A stretch of 32,000 nt of DNA. Origin: Ignicoccus islandicus DSM 13165 (GTDB taxonomy: Archaea > Thermoproteota > Thermoprotei_A > Sulfolobales > Ignicoccaceae). The notes beneath the pieces were generated by a model that saw nothing but the letters and a program-made list of their open reading frames with translations, did not search any database and was not told the DNA's origin. The first letter of the stretch is position 1, and the number at the start of each line of letters is the position of its first letter. The stretch spans positions 570,001-602,000 of the forward strand of contig NZ_CP006867.1 in the NCBI RefSeq assembly GCF_001481685.1, written 5' to 3'. A program made the position numbers and the translations under genes. Below, in pieces: positions 1 through 9,764 of the stretch.

Positions 1-556
1 CTAATGCTTGAAGCACAGCATAAGCGTTCTCGGCAAGCTCTTTTACATCCATATCCTTGGTGCCTATTCTACACATCACTTGCGGCTGTTTCCTAATCCT
101 TATGTTCACGGATTTCTTATATTTCTCTATTAGATTTTGAAGAGGTGCATTAGGAGGCACCGGTATAGGAGCCTTTCCTCGTGGACCTAAGGCTGGACCT
201 AATACCTTACCAGCGAGACCCATTAGATCGACCTTTACTAAGACCCAGTCACAAGTACTGGCCAATTTCTTAGCTCGTTTCTTATCCATGTTTTGAAGTT
301 CCTCGCGCGTGATTACATTAACACCTAGTTTCTGGGCAGTTAACGCCATTTCACCATCGGCGACCACGCAAATATTGACATCTTTATGAGGTTGGTATGG
401 TAGTTCAACTACTTCTCTAATTCTTCCCTCTGGACCTTTCAAGTCTATGTCCTTTAGGACCACTATCATTTCAACTGACTCGAGAAAGTTCCTCTTCGGC
501 GATTTTTCTATGGCATCCTTTACAGCAGTTTCAATCCATTCTAACTCGGCACTCAC
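1..556 (-). CDS. rpl1: 50S ribosomal protein L1 (uL1), truncated at the left edge; GTG start at 554-556
   Basis: Manual translation of the minus strand gives MSAELEWIETAVKDAIEKSPKRNFLESVEMIVVLKDIDLKGPEGRIREVVELPYQPHKDVNICVVAD...GLAGKVLGPALGPRGKAPIPVP, typical of archaeal L1. It is missing from the supplied ORF track. Confidence 0.93.
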   Translation of the reverse strand, partial: MSAELEWIETAVKDAIEKSPKRNFLESVEMIVVLKDIDLKGPEGRIREVVELPYQPHKDVNICVVADGEMALTAQKLGVNVITREELQNMDKKRAKKLASTCDWVLVKVDLMGLAGKVLGPALGPRGKAPIPVPPNAPLQNLIEKYKKSVNIRIRKQPQVMCRIGTKDMDVKELAENAYAVLQAL

Positions 557-592
557 GGTTCTTTTCACCCGTTGTCAGTAACATTAAAGGGT

Positions 593-1105
593 TTAACTAA
601 CTGATTCCCACTCTTCTTCATACTTGCTTAATACTTCATCATAAGCTCCTTCATCAGTTAATCGGGTAACTTCTTTTGGATCCTTACCATCTACAGTAAG
701 TCCTATCGCTCTGGCAGTACCTAAAACTGTCTTGACTGCTCCCTTGAGAGTCTTAGCAGTCAGCTCGGGTGCTTTCAGTAGGGCAACTTCTATAACTTGC
801 TCATAGGTTAAGTTACCTACTTTCTGATGTATTGGATCGCCAGATGGTTTGGAAGCTCCCGCTTTCTTCAATAACAAGTCCGTAATGTTTGGTGGAATTA
901 TTTCTATTTCATATTCCTTGGTCTCCTCGTCTACGATTACCTTCACTGTCACTTCAAAGCCTTTATATCTCTTTGTCATTTCGTTTATTTTGTTAACAAC
1001 CTCCTCTACTGGTAATCCCACTGACTCTAAGGCAGGCTTTATTGGGGGTATAGGCTTCGCTTGCCCACCTTCAATCGTAAATGTCAGGGTCTTCTTAGGC
1101 ATCAC
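593..1105 (-). CDS. rpl11: 50S ribosomal protein L11 (uL11)
   Basis: [30 protein letters not shown]... is the L11 N-terminal signature; adjacent to L1 and Spt5. Confidence 0.95.
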   Translation of the reverse strand: MMPKKTLTFTIEGGQAKPIPPIKPALESVGLPVEEVVNKINEMTKRYKGFEVTVKVIVDEETKEYEIEIIPPNITDLLLKKAGASKPSGDPIHQKVGNLTYEQVIEVALLKAPELTAKTLKGAVKTVLGTARAIGLTVDGKDPKEVTRLTDEGAYDEVLSKYEEEWESVS

Positions 1106-1109
1106 GTCT

Positions 1110-1547
1110 TCACCTCTTCACGGGCTTCACGTAATCCACAGGCACTGTGATTTGGAGGGGGTACGCAGCTTCTAAAATGTTAAGTACAACTTCGTTCTTT
1201 GAAGGATCCTTGAATTCAACTCTTGCTTTCATCCCTTTGAATGGACCTGCAACGAGTTCGACTATGTCTCCTACGTCTATGAGTTCTATTACTGGTGTTG
1301 GTCTTATTAACTTTACTACTTCGTCAACCTCCATTCTTCTACCTGGCCCTCCTCTCACGTCCCTTATTCCTCTAATGACCTCTAGTACTACGTAGGGTGC
1401 GGGCGCTTCAACTAAAACGAATCCTTTTAGACGAGGTGGTACTACAACTGACCTCACATCGAGTCTAGAAGACTTGGCACGACGTTCTATTATTAATGCA
1501 ACATCTATCTCTCTACCAGTAGTTGTTCGCACAGGATAGAACGGCAT
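1110..1547 (-). CDS. spt5: Transcription elongation factor Spt5 (NusG family) with KOW-like segment
   Basis: NGN-like domain ([21 protein letters not shown]...) followed by [26 protein letters not shown] motif; conserved position between L11 and SecE. Confidence 0.93.
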   Translation of the reverse strand: MPFYPVRTTTGREIDVALIIERRAKSSRLDVRSVVVPPRLKGFVLVEAPAPYVVLEVIRGIRDVRGGPGRRMEVDEVVKLIRPTPVIELIDVGDIVELVAGPFKGMKARVEFKDPSKNEVVLNILEAAYPLQITVPVDYVKPVKR

Positions 1548-1560
1548 GAATATCCCACCT

Positions 1561-1767
1561 CTATTTAAATAGAAACATGACTGCTGTCGCTTTTATTAGG
1601 TACGATAATGTTCCAATCACTGCCATAGACAAGAACACTACTTTAATTATGGCATTGAACTCCTCTGGAGAGGGCTTAGACGCTTTCGCTAATATCGATC
1701 TCCATTCATAAATCATTTCTACAATCTTATTAATGTAATAACTAAACGATTTCAGCTTTACATCCAT
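1561..1767 (-). CDS. secE: Protein translocase subunit SecE/Sec61 gamma
   Basis: 68 aa, single C-terminal TM, amphipathic N-terminus; located between Spt5 and FtsY. Confidence 0.85.
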   Translation of the reverse strand: MDVKLKSFSYYINKIVEMIYEWRSILAKASKPSPEEFNAIIKVVFLSMAVIGTLSYLIKATAVMFLFK

Positions 1768-1770
1768 TCT

Positions 1771-2838
1771 CTAATCACTCCCCATAATTCTTTCCACTAA
1801 CCATTTAGGATCGAACCTTATCAAATCATCGTAACTTTGGCCTACGCCAAGATACATAACTGGTTTCTTGAGAGTAGCAATAACGCTCAAGGCGGCTCCT
1901 CCTTTTGCATCCGCATCGACCTTGGTTAGGATAATTGCGTCAATACCTACAGCTTCATCAAAGAATCTTGCTTGCTCGAGAGCGTCATTACCCGTAAGGG
2001 CGTCTAACACTAATATTTTTAAATCGGGGCGTACTACTCTATTTATCTTCCGTAACTCATTCATTAGGTCGGAATCAACGTGCATTCTACCGGCAGTATC
2101 TATTAGGACTACGTGAAATCCACGTGCTCGTGCAAACTCTATAGCATCGTATGCAACAGCAGCTGGATCTGTGCCGTAAGGCCTGGTTATTATTGGGACG
2201 CCTATCCGTTCAGCATGAACTTTTAACTGCTCAACCGCTCCTGCTCTAAAAGTATCAGCTGCTGCTATTACGGGAGTTACGCCTGTCTTCTTCAATAAAT
2301 AGGCTATTTTTGCGATAGTCGTTGTCTTGCCAACACCATTAACACCCATTACCATAACTTTGAGTACTTTGTTCTCATTCGCATATCTTTTAGCTATCTC
2401 TACTAAGTCGATACTTTCAACAGATAATATACTAAGGAGACTCTCACGTAATGCATTTTCGATGACTTTTTCCTCGCTTTCGCCTCTCCTTATCTTTAGT
2501 TTCGCTAATCTACTTTTAAAGTCGTTTATGAGATCTTCGGCGACTTCATAAGCGACGTCAGCTTCAGCTAACGTTAGTACGTATTCCTCAAATATAGGTT
2601 CGAGTTTCTTTAGATTTATTTCTTTATACGCAATGGATTCCTTTACCTTAGCGAAAAATCCCTTCTTCTCAACTGTTTCCTTCGGTTTACTTCCGATGTC
2701 CTTTCTTTTAGCAATGACTGTTGTTTCTTTCCCCTCCTCGCTTACTGGCTTCGGCTGTTCGATCGGTTCTTCGGTAGAAACTTTGCTACTAACTTCCTTT
2801 ACTAGACTCTTTAGAGCCTTCTTGAGTTTCCCTAGCAC
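1771..2838 (-). CDS. ftsY: Signal recognition particle receptor FtsY
   Basis: GVNGVGKTTTIAKIA, DTFRAGAVEQL, DTAGRMHVD, TKVDADAKGG SRP-GTPase motifs. Confidence 0.97.
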   Translation of the reverse strand: MLGKLKKALKSLVKEVSSKVSTEEPIEQPKPVSEEGKETTVIAKRKDIGSKPKETVEKKGFFAKVKESIAYKEINLKKLEPIFEEYVLTLAEADVAYEVAEDLINDFKSRLAKLKIRRGESEEKVIENALRESLLSILSVESIDLVEIAKRYANENKVLKVMVMGVNGVGKTTTIAKIAYLLKKTGVTPVIAAADTFRAGAVEQLKVHAERIGVPIITRPYGTDPAAVAYDAIEFARARGFHVVLIDTAGRMHVDSDLMNELRKINRVVRPDLKILVLDALTGNDALEQARFFDEAVGIDAIILTKVDADAKGGAALSVIATLKKPVMYLGVGQSYDDLIRFDPKWLVERIMGSD

Positions 2839-3238
2839 TACTAGATCCCTGAAGTTTTAGCAGCTGTGACTCTATAGAACTTATTTTAGTAAGTACTTCG
2901 TTGAGTTTCCCTTCGAGTTCCTTAATTTGTTTTTCTAAAACTGCCTTTATTTCATTGAGTTTTTGTTTAGCTTCGTCAGGTTTCATTGCTACAAAGTAGT
3001 TACTCCCAATTGGTACTATAACTTTATTCGTTAACGTACCTTTAACGAATACTGGTCCTAGAGGCACTAAGGCCTCCACGGATTCTCTTAAATTATTAAT
3101 CTCATCTAGTGCGACGTTTACTTCACTCAAATCAATTCTCTTCTTTTCGATTTCAGAGCCGAGTATTTCGGCAAGTTTCTTTAAGTTTTGGTACTCGTAG
3201 ACTAAGGCGTAAATTTCTGCTTGTTCATTAGAGCTCAT
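2789..3238 (-). CDS. pfdA: Prefoldin alpha subunit; ORF is open to 3310 but the likely start is the internal Met (MSSNEQ...)
   Basis: Coiled-coil / beta (VPLGPVFVKGTL..VIVPIGSNYFV) / coiled-coil layout; overlaps ftsY start by 50 nt. Confidence 0.85.
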   Translation of the reverse strand: MSSNEQAEIYALVYEYQNLKKLAEILGSEIEKKRIDLSEVNVALDEINNLRESVEALVPLGPVFVKGTLTNKVIVPIGSNYFVAMKPDEAKQKLNEIKAVLEKQIKELEGKLNEVLTKISSIESQLLKLQGSSSARETQEGSKESSKGS

Positions 3239-3245
3239 CGCTGTA

Positions 3246-3572
3246 TCACTTCCTCGAGTTATCGATCGACCATCCGAGTTTGTATTTTCTCCAAACTCTT
3301 TCGCTATCAAATGAAACCCATTCTTTTAGATGAAGCAGCTGTAGTACCGATAAGTCTTCAATGTCATTTTCGCTAACTTCCCTTACATTTTCTATTTTTA
3401 TATGATATCGCTTTAGTTTGTGATGACTTCCTAGCTCGGATAATACTCTTTCTATAACATCTCTTTCAGTGATTCCTCTTTTATAGATTGCAAACTTCTG
3501 CCATTGAGGATTCTTATCATGGGAAATTAACATTTTACCCTCTATTAGAAAAGTCTTGACTTCACTCACGTT
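3246..3572 (-). CDS. rpl18a: 50S ribosomal protein L18Ae/LX; ORF open to 3590, likely GTG start near 3570
   Basis: VSEVKTFLIEGKM...ERDVIERVLSELGSHHKLKRYHIKIENVREV matches the L18Ae/LX pattern; typical neighbour of prefoldin alpha. Confidence 0.85.
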   Translation of the reverse strand, partial: NVSEVKTFLIEGKMLISHDKNPQWQKFAIYKRGITERDVIERVLSELGSHHKLKRYHIKIENVREVSENDIEDLSVLQLLHLKEWVSFDSERVWRKYKLGWSIDNSRK

Positions 3573-3645
3573 AAATCCCTTATAGCGCAACCACCGTGAG
3601 AGTAAATAAGCTACTCACTGATCCTCAATATCGTGTGGAAATACA

Positions 3646-4254
3646 TTGATTAAGAAACGTTTAGTAGTAAAGTGTAGGTCTAACGAAAGCTGCCTGGAGT
3701 TACTTAATAAAATAACTGAGAACGTAAGTTCACGTTTCCTAAAGTCAGAGATAAAAGGTAATACGCTACAACTAGAGGTAATCGGACTTCCGTATGAATT
3801 AAAAGAAATAAAGTATGACATTGAAATGCTCAAAAAAGAGATTGAAAGTAAACATATAAAGGGTAATAAATACATCAAGCTGCATGAACTAGGCAAACTG
3901 TTTCACGGTACTATTTCCATAGAGGTACTCTCAACTGTACTTAAATCGAGAGGTTACTACGTGGAAGTAGATGACGATAAATTATACACTAATGCTCCCA
4001 TGGATATAATAGAAGAAATAGTAAAGAAGTCAAAAGAGATACAAGAGGACGAGGTAGTTAAATACAAACTATCCAGTGCAGCGAAAAGGGTTGTTATAAC
4101 ATTATCACTGATCACAGATACCCCTCCGAATGAGGTAATAGAATTACTCAAATCCCAAGGATTTCTCGAGCAAGGTTCCTTCAGGTATCAGTTAAAGGAG
4201 AATGCTAACGCGGTAATTAATAAACTTATGAAGCTCTTCAAGAGCCCAAAATAG
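3646..4254 (+). CDS. Conserved archaeal protein of unknown function (resembles DUF2067)
   Basis: 202 aa uninterrupted ORF with TTG start, divergent from the L18Ae operon, upstream of rpoL. The family name is a recollection, not a search result. Confidence 0.6.
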   Translation: MIKKRLVVKCRSNESCLELLNKITENVSSRFLKSEIKGNTLQLEVIGLPYELKEIKYDIEMLKKEIESKHIKGNKYIKLHELGKLFHGTISIEVLSTVLKSRGYYVEVDDDKLYTNAPMDIIEEIVKKSKEIQEDEVVKYKLSSAAKRVVITLSLITDTPPNEVIELLKSQGFLEQGSFRYQLKENANAVINKLMKLFKSPK

Positions 4255-4264
4255 GGGTTTAACG

Positions 4265-4555
4265 ATGTCAAGCTTGAAATTAGATGTTGAATTGATTTCG
4301 AAGAGTCCTACAGAGCTTCGCATAAAGATACCTAACGAAGGTCATACGTTAGGTAACTTAATAACTAAATTGGCTTCGAAGAAACCTCATGTTAACATGG
4401 CGGTATACTACGTTGAACACCCATTGAAACAAAACCTATTTATAACAATTAGGACCGATGGTCAGATCGATCCTTTAGATGCACTCCTTCAAACAATAGA
4501 CGAGGCGATTAATTACCTTGAAAAGTTCAAAGAAGAGCTTGAAGAAGGAAAGTAG
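4265..4555 (+). CDS. rpoL: DNA-directed RNA polymerase subunit L (Rpo11)
   Basis: PNEGHTLGNLITKLASKKPHVNMAVYYVEHPL...ITIRTDGQIDPLDAL is the RpoL signature. Confidence 0.96.
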   Translation: MSSLKLDVELISKSPTELRIKIPNEGHTLGNLITKLASKKPHVNMAVYYVEHPLKQNLFITIRTDGQIDPLDALLQTIDEAINYLEKFKEELEEGK

Positions 4556-4841
4556 GGTCGCTGTATGTTGTGGATCCAATCCATACGTTATAGTAGTGGT
4601 AAGAGGGGATTCATTCTCTTCAATTTATATAACGGATAATCCATTAGAAATAGCTACATCTAAAGAGTTTAAAGAAGTTATGTTTCACGATGAATCGTGT
4701 AAGGAATACTACGGTGAAGGATATATTAAGGCTGAACCGAAGTGGCGACGTCTTGCGTGCCTTTTATTCCTCTTAGCTTCCCTCAGTAAGGGAAACGGTC
4801 ATCATACCTTCAGATTACCGTCGTTACCTCATAGGGGATGA
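4518..4841 (+). CDS. Small hypothetical protein (start uncertain; probably inside or just after the rpoL end)
   Basis: Uninterrupted ORF following rpoL on the same strand; the real start is likely around 4545-4560 because the upstream part overlaps rpoL. Confidence 0.4.
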   Translation: MKSSKKSLKKESRVAVCCGSNPYVIVVVRGDSFSSIYITDNPLEIATSKEFKEVMFHDESCKEYYGEGYIKAEPKWRRLACLLFLLASLSKGNGHHTFRLPSLPHRG

Positions 4842-4892
4842 AGACTCATGGGGTTCTGAACACGATGAAGACACCTGTCTCAACAGACCCCC
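4833..4892 (+). ncRNA. Candidate box C/D-like sRNA (non-canonical boxes)
   Basis: AGGGG-[C-like ATGAAGA 4838-4844]-CTCATGGGGTT(11)-[D' CTGA 4856-4859]-ACACG-[C'-like ATGAAGA 4865-4871]-CACCTGTCTCAA(12)-[D-like CAGA 4884-4887]-CCCCC. GGG(G)/CCC(C) can close the ends. Confidence 0.4.
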
Positions 4893-4896
4893 TTTA

Positions 4897-5610
4897 CTAC
4901 TTTAGGGATCCGATCCTCTTTAGCTGATCAAATTCTTCTAGTATCTTAATACCGCTACTACTCCCTATTATTGAAGCACCTAAGTCAATGTAAGCAAGTG
5001 TTTCTAAGGCACCCTTAATTCCCCCAGAAGCCTTCACGTTGACGTGTGGCGAAATGCTCTTAACTACATACACGTCCTTGAGACTGCTCTTACTAAAGAT
5101 TCCAGTAGAAGTCTTAAGATAATCAGCACCGGAGGCTTCTACTGCGTGGGTAACAACTTTTAGTTCCTCAATCGATAGAAGAGGAGTTTCCACAATAATC
5201 TTTACAGTGCTGAACCCTATATCTCTTGAAATAGATACTACGTACTTTACGTATTCTCTATATTTCGTAGGGTCAAGCTTTATGAGAACAGGCGAGATAG
5301 CAACGTCGACCTCATCAGCTCCCAGATCCCAGCTGTTTGAGAGTTCCTTCTCTAGTGCTTGTAGAGGTAGCATTCCCGAAGGAAAGTTTGCTACGGTACA
5401 TACCCTATTTCTCCATACCTCCTTTACCTTTTGTATATTCATGGGCCATGTGAGTATACATCTGAAGGGGTGCTTTACTGACTCTCGGAGTTCCGTAGAG
5501 AATTCCTTGTTATCTAGGGTGAGTATAGTTTGATCTATTCGAGCTGCAAGTTCATCGCGGGTTGTTGCATGAAGTAGTTCTGTGAGCATTCTACGGAAAC
5601 CTCTGTTCAA
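4897..5610 (-). CDS. deoC: Deoxyribose-phosphate aldolase
   Basis: ARIDQTIL, VANFPSG, GADEVDVAI, VKIIVETPLL, ADYLKTSTG, VKASGGIK motifs. Confidence 0.92.
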   Translation of the reverse strand: MNRGFRRMLTELLHATTRDELAARIDQTILTLDNKEFSTELRESVKHPFRCILTWPMNIQKVKEVWRNRVCTVANFPSGMLPLQALEKELSNSWDLGADEVDVAISPVLIKLDPTKYREYVKYVVSISRDIGFSTVKIIVETPLLSIEELKVVTHAVEASGADYLKTSTGIFSKSSLKDVYVVKSISPHVNVKASGGIKGALETLAYIDLGASIIGSSSGIKILEEFDQLKRIGSLK

Positions 5611-5623
5611 GTATACACCTAGT

Positions 5624-6259
5624 TCATTTTAATTTAAGGAGGTAGTCAGTAGATACCACCCTTTCTTCCTCATGTCCGCAAACGAGACATTTCAATTTCC
5701 CGGAACTCTCCTCCAGCCAGAGAGGGTTTCCACAAACTGAACAAGTTGAGTATAACACACCTAGCCGTGGGCCTTTAGCAGTTAAAACGTATGGGGGGCC
5801 ACTAATTACCTTAAGTTTTACTATGTCACCGGGAGCGTAACCGTCATACAGACTGGAGAGGTATTTCTTCGAAGACGCTTGGGATATGTGTAAAGCTCCA
5901 GTTACTATGACGTTCTTAAGTGCGTGCGAAGGTGATTTGGTTACTTTTACTAGAGCAAGTTCGTCCCGCATACTTAGTATGTAACCTATTACACTGCTCT
6001 TGGGAGATGGGAGTTCTTGTGCTACGTCTTTTCCCCGAACCTCTATTTGATAATTTAGCATATCTATCTTTACTACTCCAGGTATGCTTGCCCTAATGAT
6101 ACCATTGTCTACGAATGTGCCTTTACCTGGCATGAGTTCCTCTGTTGCTGCTAGAGGTTGGCCGGGCACCACCCATTCGTTATTCTTTACAAAGGGCACT
6201 TGATAGTTCCCGACACCGATTTCTAGAAGAAATTTAAATTCATTGAGGTTAGGGCACAT
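5624..6259 (-). CDS. csl4: Exosome complex RNA-binding protein Csl4
   Basis: VVPGQPLAATEELMPGKGTFVDNG, S1-like middle domain, C-terminal zinc ribbon CSVCGNPL..LKCLVCG. Confidence 0.92.
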   Translation of the reverse strand: MCPNLNEFKFLLEIGVGNYQVPFVKNNEWVVPGQPLAATEELMPGKGTFVDNGIIRASIPGVVKIDMLNYQIEVRGKDVAQELPSPKSSVIGYILSMRDELALVKVTKSPSHALKNVIVTGALHISQASSKKYLSSLYDGYAPGDIVKLKVISGPPYVLTAKGPRLGVLYSTCSVCGNPLWLEESSGKLKCLVCGHEEERVVSTDYLLKLK

Positions 6260-6331
6260 TAGTATTCAGAGAAATGAATATACAGATATATACCTCGTCT
6301 GGAGCTCGATAGATAAGGGTGAACAATAACA

Positions 6332-7798
6332 ATGAATATACCCAAGCTAATGGCAACGCAACATCCTGACAGCACGATCGTATTCACGGCACAAGACGAA
6401 GTAAAGGAAGCGATTGACGACGTCTTGCCACTCGAAAGGGGTGGAAGGGGTTGCGATGAAAAAATGATAGACTATGAGGGTAAAGCAACCCCATACAATC
6501 AGATAAGAGCTGTTATAGAAGAAGCGAAATATTACGACATAGTTCCCGGAGAAGATTTCCTAATTACACCCAGAATACCCAACCCTAAGCTCGAAGATAA
6601 GGATAGACACCTTTTGACAATAACTGCTGCAATTACAGCTAACATGTACTCACAATTATATTTCAACACAAATGCAGTAAAGTACGTCATATTACCTATG
6701 TCAAGTAGTACGCTTGAGGTAGCAGAAGTTCAAAGAAGGATAATAAAGGTCCAAAGGCTAGTCTCAGAGGAGTTCTCCCTAAGAGGTGAAGAGATAGTAA
6801 GGTTGATACCTCTATTTGAAAATGCGGAATCGCACATGCACATAGACGAGATAATAGAGGGACTAAGAGTGGCTCTGATAAAGGAGGTTGGACTAGTTGA
6901 AAGGAATTTCAGAATATTTGTAGGAAAAAGCGATTCGGCAATAAATAGCGGTCACTTAGCCAGTTCCATCGCAATTAAGATGGCATTATTGAAAATGTGG
7001 AAGTGGCAAGAAGACACGATGTTTAGAAGTTACCCAATCGTAGGCATGGGAAAGCCTCCAATGAGAGGACACATGGCGGAATGGGTTAGGTCCGAGTGGG
7101 TAGATGCTTGGAAAGGTTACTACACAGCAACAATTCAATCGGCATTAAGATTTAATACTGAGAGAAAGGATTACGTCGCTACCGTATTAAAGATCGCAGA
7201 AGGTAGAGGACAGAAACCAGATCTATCCCAGCTAGACTTACAAGACTCACTAATTAGGATTGCATGGAAAGCGTCTGAGGTGTATACACGAGAGATAGAT
7301 AGATTAGCGGAACATATTCTCTTTATGTCGAAATTAGTAATTGGTACGAGAGCTAGGCTCGAAACCTATAGGAGAAAGGCTAAAACAGGTAAGGAACTAC
7401 CCAGAGCTATAAAGTTCTGTGCCGCGCTCTATTCTATGGGATTAGGTCCTACTCTAATAGGTGCGAAAGTTATTGAAGACTTAGCTAAAGGTAACGGAGA
7501 GAACCTAGATATATTACTGCGATTCCTTCCACTTCTAAAGAAAGATTGGGGTTACGATCTTCACCTAACGGACCTAGACGTGTTTAAGAAGTACGTGGAT
7601 GACAAGACCTATGAATATATTAGAAGAGATATTGAGACTGTGAAGGAATACTTCGGAGAACTTCCTACCCCAAAGGAGCTCCCCGAAGAATACTTTAAGT
7701 TATTACATGAAGTTAAAACGTCTATTGAAAATAGTGATATAAGTAAAGCAAAGGCAAATATAGTAAAGCTAGCCGAAATCAGAGGGTTCTTAGGTTGA
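6332..7798 (+). CDS. ppcA: Archaeal-type phosphoenolpyruvate carboxylase
   Basis: [16 protein letters not shown]-terminus and overall length of about 490 aa typical of the archaeal PEPC family. Confidence 0.95.
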   Translation: MNIPKLMATQHPDSTIVFTAQDEVKEAIDDVLPLERGGRGCDEKMIDYEGKATPYNQIRAVIEEAKYYDIVPGEDFLITPRIPNPKLEDKDRHLLTITAAITANMYSQLYFNTNAVKYVILPMSSSTLEVAEVQRRIIKVQRLVSEEFSLRGEEIVRLIPLFENAESHMHIDEIIEGLRVALIKEVGLVERNFRIFVGKSDSAINSGHLASSIAIKMALLKMWKWQEDTMFRSYPIVGMGKPPMRGHMAEWVRSEWVDAWKGYYTATIQSALRFNTERKDYVATVLKIAEGRGQKPDLSQLDLQDSLIRIAWKASEVYTREIDRLAEHILFMSKLVIGTRARLETYRRKAKTGKELPRAIKFCAALYSMGLGPTLIGAKVIEDLAKGNGENLDILLRFLPLLKKDWGYDLHLTDLDVFKKYVDDKTYEYIRRDIETVKEYFGELPTPKELPEEYFKLLHEVKTSIENSDISKAKANIVKLAEIRGFLG

Positions 7799-8214
7799 CT
7801 GAAAGGCCCTTAGTATCTATAATAATAGGTTCTAGGAGCGATTTGGAATTGGCCAAGAAAGCAGAGGAGGTCCTAAATGAGTTTTGTATACCATATGAAT
7901 TAAAGATATTGTCTGCTCATAGAAATCAGAAGGAATTAATTGAATACTTAGAGGAAAGCAAAAATTACGTAAAGGTATATATTGCTATAGCTGGCTTAGC
8001 TGCACACTTACCTGGATTCATTGCCTCTAGAGTAGAACAACCAGTGATTGGAGTCCCGAGAGACGTCAAACTAATGGGTTTAGATGCCTTACTCAGTATA
8101 GTACAGATGCCTTCTGGCGTACCTGTAGCTACAGTCGGAATAGACAATGCGAAAAATGGCGCCTATTTAGCTATTAGAATACTCAAAATTGCAGGGTTTA
8201 AGACGTGCAAGTAG
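7795..8214 (+). CDS. purE: Phosphoribosylaminoimidazole carboxylase, PurE
   Basis: [50 protein letters not shown]; overlaps ppcA by 4 nt and tgtA by 10 nt. Confidence 0.93.
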   Translation: MTERPLVSIIIGSRSDLELAKKAEEVLNEFCIPYELKILSAHRNQKELIEYLEESKNYVKVYIAIAGLAAHLPGFIASRVEQPVIGVPRDVKLMGLDALLSIVQMPSGVPVATVGIDNAKNGAYLAIRILKIAGFKTCK

Positions 8215-9764
8215 ACGTCAGAGTAGAGGAAAGAGATGGCCTGGCTCGCGCTGGATATGCATATATAAATGGATTTAAAATAGAGATACCTCACTTACTC
8301 GTAGTAGTTGATTCCGATCCATCGAAGCAGCTCGTACCATTAGACATTATCAAGAACTTGGGAATAAAGATTATAATGACTAGCTCTTACATCGCCAAGA
8401 GGAAAATAGGACATGTAAATTTAAAGCAACATTTGGGTTGGGAGTACATTCTCTATACTGATTCAGGAACTTACCAAGCATATAGTCAAGGCGTTAGAGT
8501 AGACCCACTCGAATCCGTTATCTATCAATTAGAATCTAATGTAGACATTGTGACTCCGGTAGATGAGTTTAGTTTACCGACTGATAGTAAGGAAGATGCT
8601 CTCAAAAAGGCCTTGATATCGTTTAATAGATGGCAAGAGGCCCTAGATCTAGCTAGAGGTAAACTGGTAAGCGCACCTATACAAGGTGGATTATATAAAG
8701 AGGTTAGATCGTTAGTAACTAAGAAGTATGCTTCCGAGGGAGCGAAGCTCCTTGCGATAGGGGGGATTGTGCCACTTCTAGTAAACTACGAATTCAATAA
8801 ATTAGCGAATATCGTAATGGCCACAACCGAATATAGACCATGGGGGTCGTTAGTTCATGCATTTGGAGTGGGGCATCCACTCGTCTTTCCTTTCCTAGTA
8901 TCAATGGGTGTGGATTTGTTCGATTCTGCAATGTATTCTCTCGCGGCTAAGGACTTGAGGCTTTTAACTCGTTTTGGAACGTTAAGAGTTGAAGAAGTAT
9001 CTAAATTACGAGATTTTCCCGAAGAATGCGAGATTTGTCCTACGCTCTCGCCTCGAGAACTTCAAGATTTGAATCGAAATGAGTTAGAAAGGTTTATCGC
9101 AACGTACAACTTAAACGTGGCAATTAAGATCGTTAAAGAAATAAGGGAAAGAATACTGTATGGTACTTTTGAGAAATGGGCGTTATCGCTAGCGCACGTT
9201 CACCCAAAGCTGATAGATGGTTACGTAGAGCTTTATCAAGAGTGGAGAGATCATATTGCGCTTAGCAAGAGAGCTTTCAAAAAGACCAAGATTCCTTCTT
9301 ATCCGATCTTCCGCGCCTTTGAGGGACCCACTAATACCAATTTATTAGAGGAATTAAGGTTGAACATATTCGAATCTTATAACAAGGACTTTAAGGTGCC
9401 TCAAGGTAAACTGAAAGTATCTGACATGAAAGTTTCCATTGGTGAGACGATAATAGGAGTCCTCACACCGTCTGGTATTGAACCCTGTCCTTATCTATTG
9501 CACGAATTGGGTATTAGAGTAAAGAGTAAGAACTGCGGACAATATATAAGGAAGAAGGACGTAGTAGAGGTACCATTTCAAACTTCAAGGTCTTGGACTC
9601 CCGTAATACTGGAATGTGGAGACAGATATGCATTGGGGATACTTCAGACCAACTCTAAGGAATTTAGCTTGAGTAGGGACGAAGACGTGGTAATCACTCG
9701 CTCTTCAAGGCTTGTACGGGATCTAAGCGAGCTGCCTTGTACGCCGGATATAAACCAGCAATGA
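8205..9764 (+). CDS. tgtA: Archaeosine-type tRNA-guanine transglycosylase with degenerate zinc site
   Basis: [61 protein letters not shown]. The zinc segment reads [16 protein letters not shown]...ATYN instead of the remembered FPCSCPVC...LHN. Confidence 0.88.
   Translation: MQVDVRVEERDGLARAGYAYINGFKIEIPHLLVVVDSDPSKQLVPLDIIKNLGIKIIMTSSYIAKRKIGHVNLKQHLGWEYILYTDSGTYQAYSQGVRVDPLESVIYQLESNVDIVTPVDEFSLPTDSKEDALKKALISFNRWQEALDLARGKLVSAPIQGGLYKEVRSLVTKKYASEGAKLLAIGGIVPLLVNYEFNKLANIVMATTEYRPWGSLVHAFGVGHPLVFPFLVSMGVDLFDSAMYSLAAKDLRLLTRFGTLRVEEVSKLRDFPEECEICPTLSPRELQDLNRNELERFIATYNLNVAIKIVKEIRERILYGTFEKWALSLAHVHPKLIDGYVELYQEWRDHIALSKRAFKKTKIPSYPIFRAFEGPTNTNLLEELRLNIFESYNKDFKVPQGKLKVSDMKVSIGETIIGVLTPSGIEPCPYLLHELGIRVKSKNCGQYIRKKDVVEVPFQTSRSWTPVILECGDRYALGILQTNSKEFSLSRDEDVVITRSSRLVRDLSELPCTPDINQQ

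Noticed and set aside
849-2860. Several plus-strand ORFs opposite L11, Spt5, FtsY and prefoldin
   Set aside because: All are opposite conserved genes and have no recognisable family features.
4837-4872. GATGAAGAC repeat with 27-nt period considered as CRISPR or tandem repeat
   Set aside because: Only two 9-nt units; better explained by duplicate C-like boxes of an sRNA. No CRISPR array or cas genes found.
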